Positions 1 through 10,318 of a stretch of DNA of 64,000 bases are shown here, in pieces. Within the stretch, counting starts at the first letter, position 1; every line of letters starts with the position of its first letter. The notes below the pieces were generated by a model. The model searched no databases. It was not told the origin of the DNA and was given only the letters and a program-made list of their open reading frames with translations. Position numbers and translations under genes: made by a program. The stretch covers positions 19,272 through 83,271 of the forward strand of contig CAYFUZ010000001.1 of NCBI GenBank assembly GCA_964346675.1, in the 5' to 3' direction. Source of the stretch: an uncultured Oscillospiraceae bacterium (lineage in GTDB: Bacteria; Bacillota; Clostridia; Peptostreptococcales; Anaerovoracaceae).

Positions 1-1
1 C

Positions 2-1297
2 GTCATGGATCTAGGAGGTACCTCTATATGGTTTATGCAGCAGGCTCTTACCACAACAAGTAGGGCCAATGTTTCTGCCGAAGAGTTGGCAAATTTGAGA
101 AAGCGGATTGAGGTGCTGAGTTCGGAAATAGAAAAGCATATAAAAACTATACCTCTGAAAAACATTGCTTTGGCTCATCTTGAAGGAATAATGATGGATA
201 ATTTCTATCTCGAGTTCATTGAGAATTTGGATGATGCGGGACATTGGACTTTTCTGCACAACCCGGTGAATACTAGAGCCATAGAAATACCTACGTTATT
301 GGTTGTTCACTGGTACGATCATCTTCAGAAACAGATGTTCATGCTCTACCATGATATGAAGACTTTTAATGTGCCTGGAGCAAAAGATAATTTATATTTG
401 TACGTGGGTCCCTGGCGTTCATATTCTGGTATTGTGGGTTTTGACCAGGAAGATTGTCCGCCAGATAAGGATCAGCCTATATGGTACGAAGGTAAGTGTT
501 TGTCGGATATTACCATTGACTGGTTTGATTATTGGCTTAAGGGAAAAGATGGAAGCTTTGATACGACAAAACATGTTTATGTAAAGCTCCTTAGGGACGT
601 TAATCAAGGTCGCCATGAAGATTCTTGGCCTGTTCCCACAACGAAATTTGTGAAATATTATCTTGCTTCGGGGGGATCTGCAAATTCGCTGCATGGTGAT
701 GGTAAATTATTGCCAGAGATTCAAGGCAGCACATCTGGACATGACTCATACATATATAATCCTATGGATCCCACCCCTACAAAGTCGGGGCTTGTTATAA
801 GCCCGGGAGACTCCTTAAGACAGGATCAGACGGTTGTTGAGATGCGTCAGGATGTTCTTGTATATACTACGAACATCCTGACGGAACCATTGGAAATATT
901 AGGCCCCGTATCTGCAAGAATATGGGCAAAAACGGACTGCGTGGACACGGATTTTGTGGTCAAGCTTATCGAAGTAGATAGCGACGGAACTCCGTACAAT
1001 TTGATAGAGGGAATGGTTCGTGCACGCTTCCGTAACGGCTGGGACAAACCGGAGCTTTTGATTCCGGATGCCATATACGAGTATAAGATTGAGCTGGGGG
1101 GAATAGGTATAAGACTTGATGCTGGACATGCTTTGCGAATAGAGATTGCTAGTAGCAATTTCCCAAAATGGGACAGAAATCTTAATAGTGGGAAGGCTTT
1201 GGGGCTGGATTGCGATGTTAAAATTGCGCATCAGACCGTATATCATGATACAGAGCATCCATCGCACATTATTCTGCCGACGATTCCGTTGAAATAA
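2..1297 (+). CDS. CocE/NonD (X-Pro dipeptidyl-peptidase-like) family hydrolase, C-terminal part; the 5' end lies outside the window
   Basis: The frame is open to the window edge. The translation carries family-typical elements (LLVVHWYD, YVGPW, SSNFPKWDRNLNSG in the C-terminal beta-sandwich). The N-terminal nucleophile domain is absent, so the gene is truncated by the window. Confidence 0.6.
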   Translation, partial: VMDLGGTSIWFMQQALTTTSRANVSAEELANLRKRIEVLSSEIEKHIKTIPLKNIALAHLEGIMMDNFYLEFIENLDDAGHWTFLHNPVNTRAIEIPTLLVVHWYDHLQKQMFMLYHDMKTFNVPGAKDNLYLYVGPWRSYSGIVGFDQEDCPPDKDQPIWYEGKCLSDITIDWFDYWLKGKDGSFDTTKHVYVKLLRDVNQGRHEDSWPVPTTKFVKYYLASGGSANSLHGDGKLLPEIQGSTSGHDSYIYNPMDPTPTKSGLVISPGDSLRQDQTVVEMRQDVLVYTTNILTEPLEILGPVSARIWAKTDCVDTDFVVKLIEVDSDGTPYNLIEGMVRARFRNGWDKPELLIPDAIYEYKIELGGIGIRLDAGHALRIEIASSNFPKWDRNLNSGKALGLDCDVKIAHQTVYHDTEHPSHIILPTIPLK

Positions 1298-1530
1298 ACA
1301 TAAGATTTGCATGTAGATTAGGCTGTTACACCAGTCATCATGAAGAACACAGGAATAAATATGATATTTATGCTTATAATATTTACCGTAATCATGTTAC
1401 TTTTAGAAGTAATAAAAAAAATAGTGGTAAAAAATATTATAGTTTAGTTAGATTAAACGGAGGGAATCAACTTCAGTTCAGGGAAAAATCTTCCATGTAT
1501 TGATTGGCATGGTCTATAAGTGATTTTTAA

Positions 1531-1553
1531 GGGCTGATTTCATCAGCTCTTTT
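1531..1553 (+). terminator. Rho-independent terminator in the AT-rich spacer downstream of the CocE/NonD gene
   Basis: 8-bp stem GGGCTGAT / ATCAGCTC (one G-U pair), 3-nt loop, then TTTT. Confidence 0.45.
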
Positions 1554-1589
1554 GCTGTCCTGATTTACAGTAAAGAGAGAAGGCATATG

Positions 1590-1598
1590 TGCTATAAT
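1590..1598 (+). promoter_or_regulatory. Extended -10 promoter element (TGcTATAAT) upstream of the S4-uvrB-uvrA genes
   Basis: Read from the sequence about 30 nt upstream of the S4 gene start. Confidence 0.35.
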
Positions 1599-1627
1599 TA
1601 GTCAAATCAAAAGATTAAGGTACGAAT

Positions 1628-1870
1628 ATGAGAGTAGATAAGTTTTTAAAGATTTCAAGACTCATAAAACGCAGGAGCGTGGCGCATGATGCCTGTGAAG
1701 CTTCGCGAATATATGTTAACGGCAAGGAAGCAAAGCCGGGGAAGGATATAAAGCCCGGCGACGAGATTAAGATATGCTTCGGTCAATCCGAGATGAAGGT
1801 AAGGGTTGTATCGACTCCCGAACATGTCGGAAAAGATGATGCCGCAACCCTTTACGAGGTATTGAATTGA
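1628..1870 (+). CDS. Small S4-domain RNA-binding protein (Hsp15/YaaA-like)
   Basis: 80 aa. The N-terminus [18 protein letters not shown]......V.VNG...KP is a typical S4 fold signature. Its stop overlaps the uvrB start. Confidence 0.75.
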   Translation: MRVDKFLKISRLIKRRSVAHDACEASRIYVNGKEAKPGKDIKPGDEIKICFGQSEMKVRVVSTPEHVGKDDAATLYEVLN

Positions 1871-3852
1871 GCGCGGACGGACGCTTTAAGCTTGTAGCGC
1901 CGTTCAGTATGACGGGAGATCAGCCGCAGGCGGTTAAACGGCTTGTGGACGGTATTAACGTAGGGAAGAAGCATCAGACGCTTTTAGGCGTTACAGGCTC
2001 CGGCAAGACTTTTACTATTGCAAACGTAATAGAACAGGTGCAAAGGCCGACGCTTGTTATCTCGCACAACAAGACATTGGCCGCTCAGCTATGCGGGGAG
2101 TTCAAGGAATTTTTTCCTGAAAACGCCGTTGAATATTTTATTTCTTATTATGACTATTATCAGCCTGAAGCTTATGTTCCATCCACGGATACTTACATAG
2201 AAAAAGATTCAGATGTCAACGAAGAAATAGACAGGCTCAGGTATTCGGCTACGGCAGCACTTGCGGAGAGAAGAGATGTCATCATTGTGGCGTCGGTTTC
2301 CTGCATCTACGGTTTGGGTTCTCCGGATGAATACAGAAATCAAATGCTGTCCTTAAGGCCGGGTATGGAAAAGTCCAGGCTCGATATTTTAAGAGAGCTT
2401 ACTGATATCCAGTATGTGCGGAATGATATTGATTTTGAACGCGGCACATTCAGGGTACGCGGGGACATCATAGATATTATTCCCGCCGGAGGAGAAAATG
2501 CCATAAGAATTGAGCTCTTCGGAGATGAGATAGAATCCGTCAAGGAACTCAATCCCATGACCGGAGAGGTTATGGCCACAAGAAACCACGCGGCCATATT
2601 CCCGGCAAGCCACTATGCAACTTCCAAGGAGCATATGGAAAAAGCACTTGTTACCATTGAGGAGGAGCTTGAAGGCAGGTTGAAGTGGTTCGTGGACCGG
2701 GGGAAGCTTTTAGAGGCTCAAAGGCTTGAGCAGCGCACAAGATATGATCTTGAGATGATGAGGGAGATCGGAAGCTGCAAGGGCATAGAAAATTATTCGC
2801 GCCATTTGGCGGGAAATCCGCCCGGAGCCACACCGTATACTCTTATAGATTACTTTCCCGAAGATTATCTGATAATCATAGACGAATCTCATGCCATGCT
2901 GCCTCAGCTGAGAGCCATGGCAAACGGAGACAGGAGCAGAAAGACCTCTTTGGTTGATTACGGTTTCAGACTCCCGTCCGCCCTTGACAACAGGCCGCTG
3001 CGTTTCGATGAATTTGAAGCCAAGGCAAATCAGCTGATATATATTTCTGCAACCCCCGCGGATTATGAAAAGCAGGTGAGCGGCGGTGTTTCGGCGGAGC
3101 AGGTCATAAGACCTACCGGTCTTCTGGATCCTTCAATAGAAATAGTTCCTACGGAGGGTCAGATAGACCATTTGATAGGAGAAATAAATAAAGAAACCGG
3201 AAAAAGACGAAGAGTTCTGGTGACAACGCTTACCAAGAAGATGGCGGAGAACCTGACCGATTATCTGAAGGAGGCAGGAATCAAAGCGCGTTACATGCAT
3301 TCGGATATTCAGTCTTTAGAACGCAATGAAATCTTAAGAGATTTAAGACTCGGCGTGTTTGATGTACTGGTAGGCATAAACCTCTTAAGAGAGGGACTTG
3401 ACCTTCCGGAGGTGGCACTGGTTGCGATACTCGATGCTGATAAAGAGGGTTTCCTCAGGACCGAGACGTCTTTGATTCAGACAATAGGACGAGCGTCAAG
3501 AAATTCGGAAGGCCGTGTGATAATGTATGCAGACTCAATGAGCAAAGCTATGAAGGCCGCAATAGACGAGACAAACAGGAGGCGCAGCATTCAGGAGGCT
3601 TACAACAAAGAACACGGCATAACGCCCGAGACAATCAAGAAGGCGGTGCGTGATATAATAGAAGTGACTACAAAGGTCGAGTCAGAGCTGGATGAGTACA
3701 AAGAAATCAACCTGCTGGAACTTACAAGAAAGGAACTTTCGGAATATGCGTCAAAACTGGAAAAGGAAATGCGCAAAGCGGCAAAGGATTTGCAGTTTGA
3801 GCGTGCGGCTTTTCTGCGTGACCGATTGCTGGAGGTAAGAGCAAAATTTTAA
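1867..3852 (+). CDS. uvrB: Excinuclease ABC subunit B
   Basis: 661 aa. Walker [14 protein letters not shown]-like [10 protein letters not shown], helicase C motifs, and the C-terminal UVR motif [14 protein letters not shown] start overlapping the upstream stop. Confidence 0.97.
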   Translation: MSADGRFKLVAPFSMTGDQPQAVKRLVDGINVGKKHQTLLGVTGSGKTFTIANVIEQVQRPTLVISHNKTLAAQLCGEFKEFFPENAVEYFISYYDYYQPEAYVPSTDTYIEKDSDVNEEIDRLRYSATAALAERRDVIIVASVSCIYGLGSPDEYRNQMLSLRPGMEKSRLDILRELTDIQYVRNDIDFERGTFRVRGDIIDIIPAGGENAIRIELFGDEIESVKELNPMTGEVMATRNHAAIFPASHYATSKEHMEKALVTIEEELEGRLKWFVDRGKLLEAQRLEQRTRYDLEMMREIGSCKGIENYSRHLAGNPPGATPYTLIDYFPEDYLIIIDESHAMLPQLRAMANGDRSRKTSLVDYGFRLPSALDNRPLRFDEFEAKANQLIYISATPADYEKQVSGGVSAEQVIRPTGLLDPSIEIVPTEGQIDHLIGEINKETGKRRRVLVTTLTKKMAENLTDYLKEAGIKARYMHSDIQSLERNEILRDLRLGVFDVLVGINLLREGLDLPEVALVAILDADKEGFLRTETSLIQTIGRASRNSEGRVIMYADSMSKAMKAAIDETNRRRSIQEAYNKEHGITPETIKKAVRDIIEVTTKVESELDEYKEINLLELTRKELSEYASKLEKEMRKAAKDLQFERAAFLRDRLLEVRAKF

Positions 3853-6692
3853 TGCAAAAAGATTTGGTAATAAAGGGTGCCAGGGCCCATAACTTAAAAA
3901 ACATAGATGTTACAATACCAAGGGATAAGCTTACCGTAGTTACCGGGCTTTCCGGCTCGGGTAAGTCTTCCCTTGCGTTTGACACTATTTACGCGGAAGG
4001 ACAAAGGCGCTATGTTGAAAGCTTGTCCGCCTATGCGAGAATGTTCCTTGGACAGGTTGATAAACCGGACGTTGACTCTATCGACGGACTGTCTCCTGCA
4101 ATTTCGATAGATCAAAAAACCACGTCGAAGAATCCGCGTTCTACCGTCGGCACGGTGACCGAAATCTATGACTATCTGCGGCTGCTTTATGCAAGGATAG
4201 GCATACCTCACTGCCCGGTTTGCGGCAGGGAAATAAGTTCACAGTCCGTGGATCAGATAAGCGAACAGATTATGGCGCTTGGAGAAGGAACGAGACTCAC
4301 GATGATGGCTCCGGTTGTGCGTGCGCAAAAAGGCATGCACGAAAAGGTTTTAGAGCGCATTAAGCGTGAAGGTTTCGTAAGGGTTCGCGTGGACGGTGAA
4401 ATTAAAAATCTTAGCGAAGATGAAATCAAACTTGCAAAAACTTACAGACATACAATTGAAATAGTGATTGACCGTATAGTGATTAAAGACGGTGTGCGCG
4501 GAAGGGTGGCGGAGGCTGTTGAGCTGGCTGTTAAGCACGGCGACGGTTTGGTGTGCGCTCTGGCGCAAAGCGCAGATTCGGAACAGGAGCTAACCTTTTC
4601 TACGAGGCTGGCCTGTCCGGATCACGGAATTTCGGTGGGTGAACTTGAACCGAGAAGTTTTTCTTTCAACTCTCCTTTCGGTGCCTGCCCTATTTGCAAC
4701 GGCCTGGGTTTTATAGAAAGAATTGATCCGGAACTTTTAATTGAAGATGAAAATCTTTCACTTAACAACGGCGCTCTGACCAAAGCTTTTTCGAGCATGG
4801 AGTACGCCGGCTTTTATAATCAGCTTATAGGCGGCTTGGCCAAAGAGCACAAGGTAAGCATGGATACGGAGTATAAAAAACTCCCGCCCAAATTCAAGCA
4901 TGCACTTCTTTACGGAACCGACGGCAGACAGGTTGTTTATGATTATGTAAGAAGAGACGGGAGCATATCCCATCGCCGTGATCGCTTTGAGGGTGTTATA
5001 CCCAATCTTATGCGTCGCCATGCCTACACCAATTCGGAAATGATTAAACAAAAACTCGAAGCATACATGACCGTAGACAGATGCGAAAAGTGCCGCGGTC
5101 AAAAACTTAGGGATGAAATACTCGCAGTAACCGTAGGCGGGAAAAATATAATTGAGTTTACCGAGATGGCTGTAAGGGACGCACTTTCTTTTACGGAGGG
5201 TCTCGATAAAGTTTTAAATGATAAGGAACTTACGATTGCAAGGCTCATACTTAAGGAGATAAAAGCAAGGCTGAGCTTTCTTGAGAATGTAGGCCTTGAT
5301 TACCTGACGCTTTCCAGAGCCGCCGCCACCCTTTCCGGCGGAGAGTCTCAGAGAATAAGACTTGCCACACAAATAGGGTCATCTCTTGTCGGTGTAGTTT
5401 ATATATTGGATGAACCTTCCATAGGTCTGCACCAAAAGGACAATGCCATGCTGCTTAAGACGCTGCGCAATCTTGCCGACCTTGGGAACACGCTGATAGT
5501 TGTAGAGCACGACCAGGATACCATGGAGGCTGCGGATCATATAGTGGACATGGGGCCGGGTGCGGGCGAACAGGGCGGATACCTTGTTGCCGAAGGTACA
5601 ATTGAAGATATCAAGAAGTGTAAGAAATCAATTACGGGTCAGTATCTTTCCGGCGAGAGGGCGATTGCCGTTCCCGAATTGAGAAGATCCGGCAACGGAA
5701 AAAAACTTGAAATCATAGGCGCCGTAGAGAATAATCTGAAAAACATAGATGTAAGCATAGAACTCGGAACTTTTACCTGCATTACCGGAGTGTCCGGCAG
5801 CGGCAAATCGACGCTTGTAAACGAGATACTGTATAAATCTTTGTCGCAGCATTTTTATCGTTCGAAAGATAAGCCCGGCAGACACAAGGAAATCAGGGGT
5901 ATTGATAACATCGACAAGGTAATAGGCATAGACCAATCGCCTATAGGGAGAACGCCCAGATCCAATCCAGCAACATATACCGGAGTATTTACTCACATAA
6001 GAGCCTTATTCGCAGAAACGCCTGATGCTAAACTCCGCGGTTACAAACAGGGAAGATTCTCCTTTAATGTAAAAGGCGGAAGATGCGAGTCTTGCAGCGG
6101 TGACGGAATTATAAAAATAGAAATGAACTTTTTGCCGGATGTTTATGTGCCCTGTGAGGTTTGTCACGGCAAGCGTTACAACCATGAAACACTGGAGGTA
6201 AAATACAAAGGTAAAAACATATACGAAGTGCTGGAGATGAGCGTTGACGAGGCCGTCAAGTTCTTTGAAAACATTCCAAGTATAAGCAGATACATGGGCA
6301 CCCTGCAGGATGTAGGCCTTGGCTATATTAAGCTTGGTCAGCCTTCAACTCAGCTTTCGGGAGGCGAGGCCCAAAGGATTAAACTTGCGACGGAACTGGC
6401 TAAAAGATCTACGGGAAACACTCTGTATATACTTGATGAGCCTACGACAGGCCTTCATTTTGCCGATGTCGAGAAGCTGATAGATGTACTCCAAAGACTT
6501 GTTGATGCGGGAAATACGGTAATTGTAATAGAGCACAATCTTGACGTTATAAAAACCGCGGACAGAATCATAGATTTAGGTCCCGACGGAGGAGAGCGAG
6601 GCGGATTCGTTATTGCCGAGGGCACTCCGGAAGAAGTGGCTATGGTTAAAGAATCATATACGGGTCAATGGCTTAAGAAACTTTTGAAATAA
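3852..6692 (+). CDS. uvrA: Excinuclease ABC subunit A
   Basis: 946 aa. Two ABC ATPase modules ([23 protein letters not shown]; [10 protein letters not shown]), LSGGE signatures and CxxC zinc modules. TAATG overlap with uvrB. Confidence 0.97.
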   Translation: MQKDLVIKGARAHNLKNIDVTIPRDKLTVVTGLSGSGKSSLAFDTIYAEGQRRYVESLSAYARMFLGQVDKPDVDSIDGLSPAISIDQKTTSKNPRSTVGTVTEIYDYLRLLYARIGIPHCPVCGREISSQSVDQISEQIMALGEGTRLTMMAPVVRAQKGMHEKVLERIKREGFVRVRVDGEIKNLSEDEIKLAKTYRHTIEIVIDRIVIKDGVRGRVAEAVELAVKHGDGLVCALAQSADSEQELTFSTRLACPDHGISVGELEPRSFSFNSPFGACPICNGLGFIERIDPELLIEDENLSLNNGALTKAFSSMEYAGFYNQLIGGLAKEHKVSMDTEYKKLPPKFKHALLYGTDGRQVVYDYVRRDGSISHRRDRFEGVIPNLMRRHAYTNSEMIKQKLEAYMTVDRCEKCRGQKLRDEILAVTVGGKNIIEFTEMAVRDALSFTEGLDKVLNDKELTIARLILKEIKARLSFLENVGLDYLTLSRAAATLSGGESQRIRLATQIGSSLVGVVYILDEPSIGLHQKDNAMLLKTLRNLADLGNTLIVVEHDQDTMEAADHIVDMGPGAGEQGGYLVAEGTIEDIKKCKKSITGQYLSGERAIAVPELRRSGNGKKLEIIGAVENNLKNIDVSIELGTFTCITGVSGSGKSTLVNEILYKSLSQHFYRSKDKPGRHKEIRGIDNIDKVIGIDQSPIGRTPRSNPATYTGVFTHIRALFAETPDAKLRGYKQGRFSFNVKGGRCESCSGDGIIKIEMNFLPDVYVPCEVCHGKRYNHETLEVKYKGKNIYEVLEMSVDEAVKFFENIPSISRYMGTLQDVGLGYIKLGQPSTQLSGGEAQRIKLATELAKRSTGNTLYILDEPTTGLHFADVEKLIDVLQRLVDAGNTVIVIEHNLDVIKTADRIIDLGPDGGERGGFVIAEGTPEEVAMVKESYTGQWLKKLLK

Positions 6693-6701
6693 GGAGGAAG
6701 C

Positions 6702-7607
6702 ATGATAGACGCATTTTTAAGTTCAGACGGAAAATCAACCGTCAATGTCAAAACGTGGGAAGTTGAAAATCCGAGATTGATACTTCAAATCACTCACGGT
6801 ATGGCCGAGCATATAGAAAGATACGATGCGTTTGCCCGTTATCTTAACAACTTCGGGATTACCGTTGTCGGCAACGACCATATAGGACATGGTAAAAGCG
6901 CAGAGCTTAAAGACTACGGTTATTTCGGCAGCAAAGACGGATGGAAGTGCTTTATTCGAGATTTTGAGTCTTTAAGAAAAACGGTCAGATCGGAGTATCC
7001 CGAGCTGCCGTACTTTATTCTCGGCCATTCCATGGGCTCTTTTGTCGTAAGAGGATGGCTTAGAATGTTCAATGAGGACGTGGACGGGGCTGTTATTATG
7101 GGGACCGCCGGAAGCAACCCTGTACTCGGCGTGGGAAAAAGTCTTGTCGCTCTTCTTCGAAAAATCAAAGGTGAACGCTATTTATCAAAGTTTGTGGGTG
7201 ACATGGTGTTTGCAGGGTATCATAAGAGAATACCGGATGCGAAATCCGTATATGATTGGCTTTCAAGAGACAGAGAAACAGTTGATAAGTATCTGGCGGA
7301 TCCTGCCTGCGGCTTCACTTTTTCTCTTGCAGGTTATGCGGATTTGTTTAATATTATAGAATACGTTCAGGGCAGGGAATGGGCGGCCGCTATACCTAAA
7401 GAAATACCGTACCTGCTGGTTTCGGGTGCGGAAGACCCCGTTGGCGCTTACGGTGCAGGGCCGGCGGAAGTGGCAGACCTTATGGAAAGCGCAGGCTGCT
7501 GCGATGTGTCTCTGCTGATTTATCAGGATATGCGTCATGAGATATTAAACGAGATAGGAAAAGAAATCGTTATGGAAGACATAAAGAGTTTTCTTCTTGA
7601 TGAATAA
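6702..7607 (+). CDS. Alpha/beta hydrolase (lysophospholipase / monoacylglycerol lipase-like)
   Basis: 301 aa. HG oxyanion motif (ITHGMAEH), nucleophile elbow GHSMGS, late catalytic His (DMRHEIL). AGGAGG RBS. Confidence 0.8.
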   Translation: MIDAFLSSDGKSTVNVKTWEVENPRLILQITHGMAEHIERYDAFARYLNNFGITVVGNDHIGHGKSAELKDYGYFGSKDGWKCFIRDFESLRKTVRSEYPELPYFILGHSMGSFVVRGWLRMFNEDVDGAVIMGTAGSNPVLGVGKSLVALLRKIKGERYLSKFVGDMVFAGYHKRIPDAKSVYDWLSRDRETVDKYLADPACGFTFSLAGYADLFNIIEYVQGREWAAAIPKEIPYLLVSGAEDPVGAYGAGPAEVADLMESAGCCDVSLLIYQDMRHEILNEIGKEIVMEDIKSFLLDE

Positions 7608-7609
7608 CA

Positions 7610-8266
7610 ATGGTTAAACTGGGAAACTCCTGGGATGAAATCCTGAAGGGCGAGTTTGAAAAAGAATATTATCTGAAACTCCGTGAATTTCTCAAGGAAG
7701 AGTATTCGACGCGCGTGATTTATCCCGATATGTATGATATTTTCAATGCGCTTAGATATTGCTCCTACGAAGATGTCAAAGTTGTGATAATCGGTCAGGA
7801 TCCTTATCACGGACCGCGGCAGGCGCACGGACTGTGCTTTTCGGTTCAGGACGGCACGGAGCTTCCCCCATCGCTCAAAAACATTTATAAGGAGCTTGAG
7901 GCGGATCTTGGAATAAAAAGAATTTCCGGCTGCCTTACGGATTGGGCCGCTCAAGGTGTGTTGCTTTTGAATGCGGTTCTTACCGTCAGATCCGGTCAGG
8001 CGAACTCACATGCGGGAAAAGGCTGGGAGATTTTTACCGACAATGTGATAAAAATTATTAACGATAAAGAAAAACCGGTTGTTTTTCTTCTTTGGGGCAG
8101 AAATGCAAGGGCAAAGAAGGCATTTATAAACAATCCGAAGCATCATATTTTAGAAGCCGCTCACCCCAGCCCGCTTTCGGCACATAACGGTTGGTTCGGC
8201 TGCAAACATTTCTCTAAAACCAATTATTTGCTATTGAGCGAAGGTTTCAATATAATAAAGTGGTAA
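7610..8266 (+). CDS. ung: Uracil-DNA glycosylase (family 1)
   Basis: 218 aa with the water-activating loop GQDPYHGP and the C-terminal HPSPLSA motif. Confidence 0.95.
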   Translation: MVKLGNSWDEILKGEFEKEYYLKLREFLKEEYSTRVIYPDMYDIFNALRYCSYEDVKVVIIGQDPYHGPRQAHGLCFSVQDGTELPPSLKNIYKELEADLGIKRISGCLTDWAAQGVLLLNAVLTVRSGQANSHAGKGWEIFTDNVIKIINDKEKPVVFLLWGRNARAKKAFINNPKHHILEAAHPSPLSAHNGWFGCKHFSKTNYLLLSEGFNIIKW

Positions 8267-8335
8267 TAGTTCGATATATGCTGAACGTTTGCTTGGATAT
8301 GTTTGTAAAACCGCTTATCAAAGCAAGCTAATATC

Positions 8336-8363
8336 TTTACCCGGGCGGTTTTTAAGTTATAAT
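8336..8363 (+). promoter_or_regulatory. Putative sigma-A promoter for xpt (TTTACC, 16 nt spacer, TATAAT)
   Basis: Hexamers read directly from the sequence, about 25 nt upstream of the AGGAGG RBS of xpt. Confidence 0.3.
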
Positions 8364-8388
8364 TGAAATGTTTTTCGCGGAGGAGGCA

Positions 8389-8961
8389 ATGCAGGTTTTA
8401 AAGGAGCGCATACTCAAGGACGGAATATGTATCGGTGATGGCATACTTAAGGTAGATTCCTTTTTGAACCATCAAATCGATACGGCTTTAGTGGACCTTT
8501 TAGGGTTTGAGTTTGCCGGACTTTTTTCAACGAGTGGAGCTACGAAGGTTCTTACGATAGAAGCTTCCGGTATACCCGTTGCGTATGCCACAGCTAAAGC
8601 CATGGGAGGGCTTCCGTTGGTGTTCGCGAAAAAAAGTGAGCCAAATACTATGATAGAGGGCTGCTACACGGCAGCCGTTAAGTCCTTTACCAAAGGTACT
8701 GTTTCAAATATCAGAGTATCAAAAGAATTCATCAGTTCCGACGATAAAATCCTTATGATTGATGACTTTCTGGCATACGGGGAAGCCGCAGCAGGTCTTT
8801 GGGCTATATGCCGGCAGGCGGGCGCCGAGTGCGTAGGCTTGGGTGCCGTTATTGAAAAACAATATCAAGGCGGAAGCGCAAGGCTCAGAGAGATGGGTCT
8901 TCGGGTTGAATCTTTAGCGCTTATTTCGTCGCTTCGCGGCGGTAAGATAGAATTTGTTTAA
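8389..8961 (+). CDS. xpt: Xanthine phosphoribosyltransferase
   Basis: N-terminus MQVLKERILKDG..L.VDSFLNHQ and PRPP loop ILMIDDFLAYGEA. The start was moved to the ATG preceded by AGGAGG (8381-8386); the ORF-track start at 8368 has no RBS. Confidence 0.9.
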   Translation: MQVLKERILKDGICIGDGILKVDSFLNHQIDTALVDLLGFEFAGLFSTSGATKVLTIEASGIPVAYATAKAMGGLPLVFAKKSEPNTMIEGCYTAAVKSFTKGTVSNIRVSKEFISSDDKILMIDDFLAYGEAAAGLWAICRQAGAECVGLGAVIEKQYQGGSARLREMGLRVESLALISSLRGGKIEFV

Positions 8962-8990
8962 GTATTTTCAACATAAGAGGAGAAATTAAA

Positions 8991-10232
8991 ATGAAAAAGG
9001 TATTAGCTATCGTTCTTGCTCTTGCCATGCTTGTAAGCTTTGCTGCTTGCACAAAGAAGGAAGAAGAAAAGCCGGATGAAAAGAAAGTCTATAATGTGGG
9101 CATGGTCTGCATTGGTGACGACAACGCCGCATACGACAGGAACTTTTATATGGCGGCGGATGCGGCCAAAGCAAGACTTGCTGCAGAAGGCATTAATATT
9201 GAATGGAATTACACATACAATCATCCCGAGGGGCAGGACGTTGCAGATGACTGCGAAGAGCTTGCGGGAGAAAAAGACTGCATAGCCGTATTCTTAAATT
9301 CCTACGGACAGGAAAGCGCCATGCTTCCCATCGCGAAGGATTATCCCGATACCGTATTCGTCGGTATGACGAACGAGGGTTCCATGAGAGATGATCTCGA
9401 CAATACGGTTAACGCATTCCCAAGTATTTACGAAGCAAGATATTGCGCAGGTGTTGCTGCAGGATGCAAGCTTAATGAACTTATTTCCAACGGCACAATC
9501 AAACCGGAACAGGCGGTTATAGGCTATGTAGGAGCTTATACCTTTGCGGAAGTTATTTCCGGATATACTGCTTTCTATCTTGGCGCAAGAAGCGTTTGTC
9601 CGTCGGCAACTATGCTGGCTGAATTCATAGGTTCCTGGGGCGACCCAACAAAGGAAGCCGCTACAGCGCAGGATCTTATTGACAGAGGAGCGGTTCTTAT
9701 TTCACAGCATTCCGACTCCACGACTCCGGCTACTACTGCTCAGGCTAATGTAATAAAGGGAACTGACGTCAAGGTTTCCCATATCGGGTACAATATTTCC
9801 ATGATCGATGTTGCACCGGAAAGTTCCATCATTTCTTCCAGAATCGACTGGACAAACTACATTTATTATGTAATCAAGACGGTTGTGGACGGAGGTAAGG
9901 TTGACCAGGACTACAAGGGTTATGGACTTAAGAACGGAGATGTTGTTCTTACAGAACTCAATACAAAGGTTGCCGCACCGGGAACTGCAGACGCAATCGC
10001 GGCGGCTGAAAAGGCTATCAAGGAAGGAACACTTCAAATATTTGATACATCGAAGTTCACGGTGAACGGAGAGGTTCCGGATAAGGCCCTTGTTGATATG
10101 ACAGGTGACTTTGTGGGTGATGAAGGCTACAATGCAATATTTGACGGTTATTACCATGAGTCTTATTTCAAGTCGGCTCCTTCGTTTGATCTTAGAATTG
10201 ATGGAATCACGCTTGTTAATGATGCATACTAA
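8991..10232 (+). CDS. BMP-family (PnrA/Med-like) nucleoside-binding ABC lipoprotein
   Basis: Signal peptide with lipobox (LVSFAAC). BMP-family sequence features. It sits directly upstream of a double-ATPase and two permeases, as in nucleoside uptake operons. Confidence 0.85.
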   Translation: MKKVLAIVLALAMLVSFAACTKKEEEKPDEKKVYNVGMVCIGDDNAAYDRNFYMAADAAKARLAAEGINIEWNYTYNHPEGQDVADDCEELAGEKDCIAVFLNSYGQESAMLPIAKDYPDTVFVGMTNEGSMRDDLDNTVNAFPSIYEARYCAGVAAGCKLNELISNGTIKPEQAVIGYVGAYTFAEVISGYTAFYLGARSVCPSATMLAEFIGSWGDPTKEAATAQDLIDRGAVLISQHSDSTTPATTAQANVIKGTDVKVSHIGYNISMIDVAPESSIISSRIDWTNYIYYVIKTVVDGGKVDQDYKGYGLKNGDVVLTELNTKVAAPGTADAIAAAEKAIKEGTLQIFDTSKFTVNGEVPDKALVDMTGDFVGDEGYNAIFDGYYHESYFKSAPSFDLRIDGITLVNDAY

Positions 10233-10261
10233 TAATACTTTTCATCAACAATAAACTTAAG

Positions 10262-10301
10262 AAGGAGGGCAGTCAAAAGGCTGTCCTCCTTTGATATTTT
10301 T
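10262..10301 (+). terminator. Intra-operon hairpin (partial terminator or attenuator) after the binding-protein gene
   Basis: 11-bp stem AAGGAGGGCAG / CTGTCCTCCTT (one G-U pair), 8-nt loop, followed by an interrupted T tract (TGATATTTTT). Confidence 0.5.
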
Positions 10302-10318
10302 ATAATCAGGAGTATATT

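Noticed and set aside
8267-8388. Purine riboswitch upstream of xpt.
   Set aside because: Only a short GGATATG string resembles the consensus, and the other conserved core segments are absent by eye. It is reported as an absence rather than as a feature.
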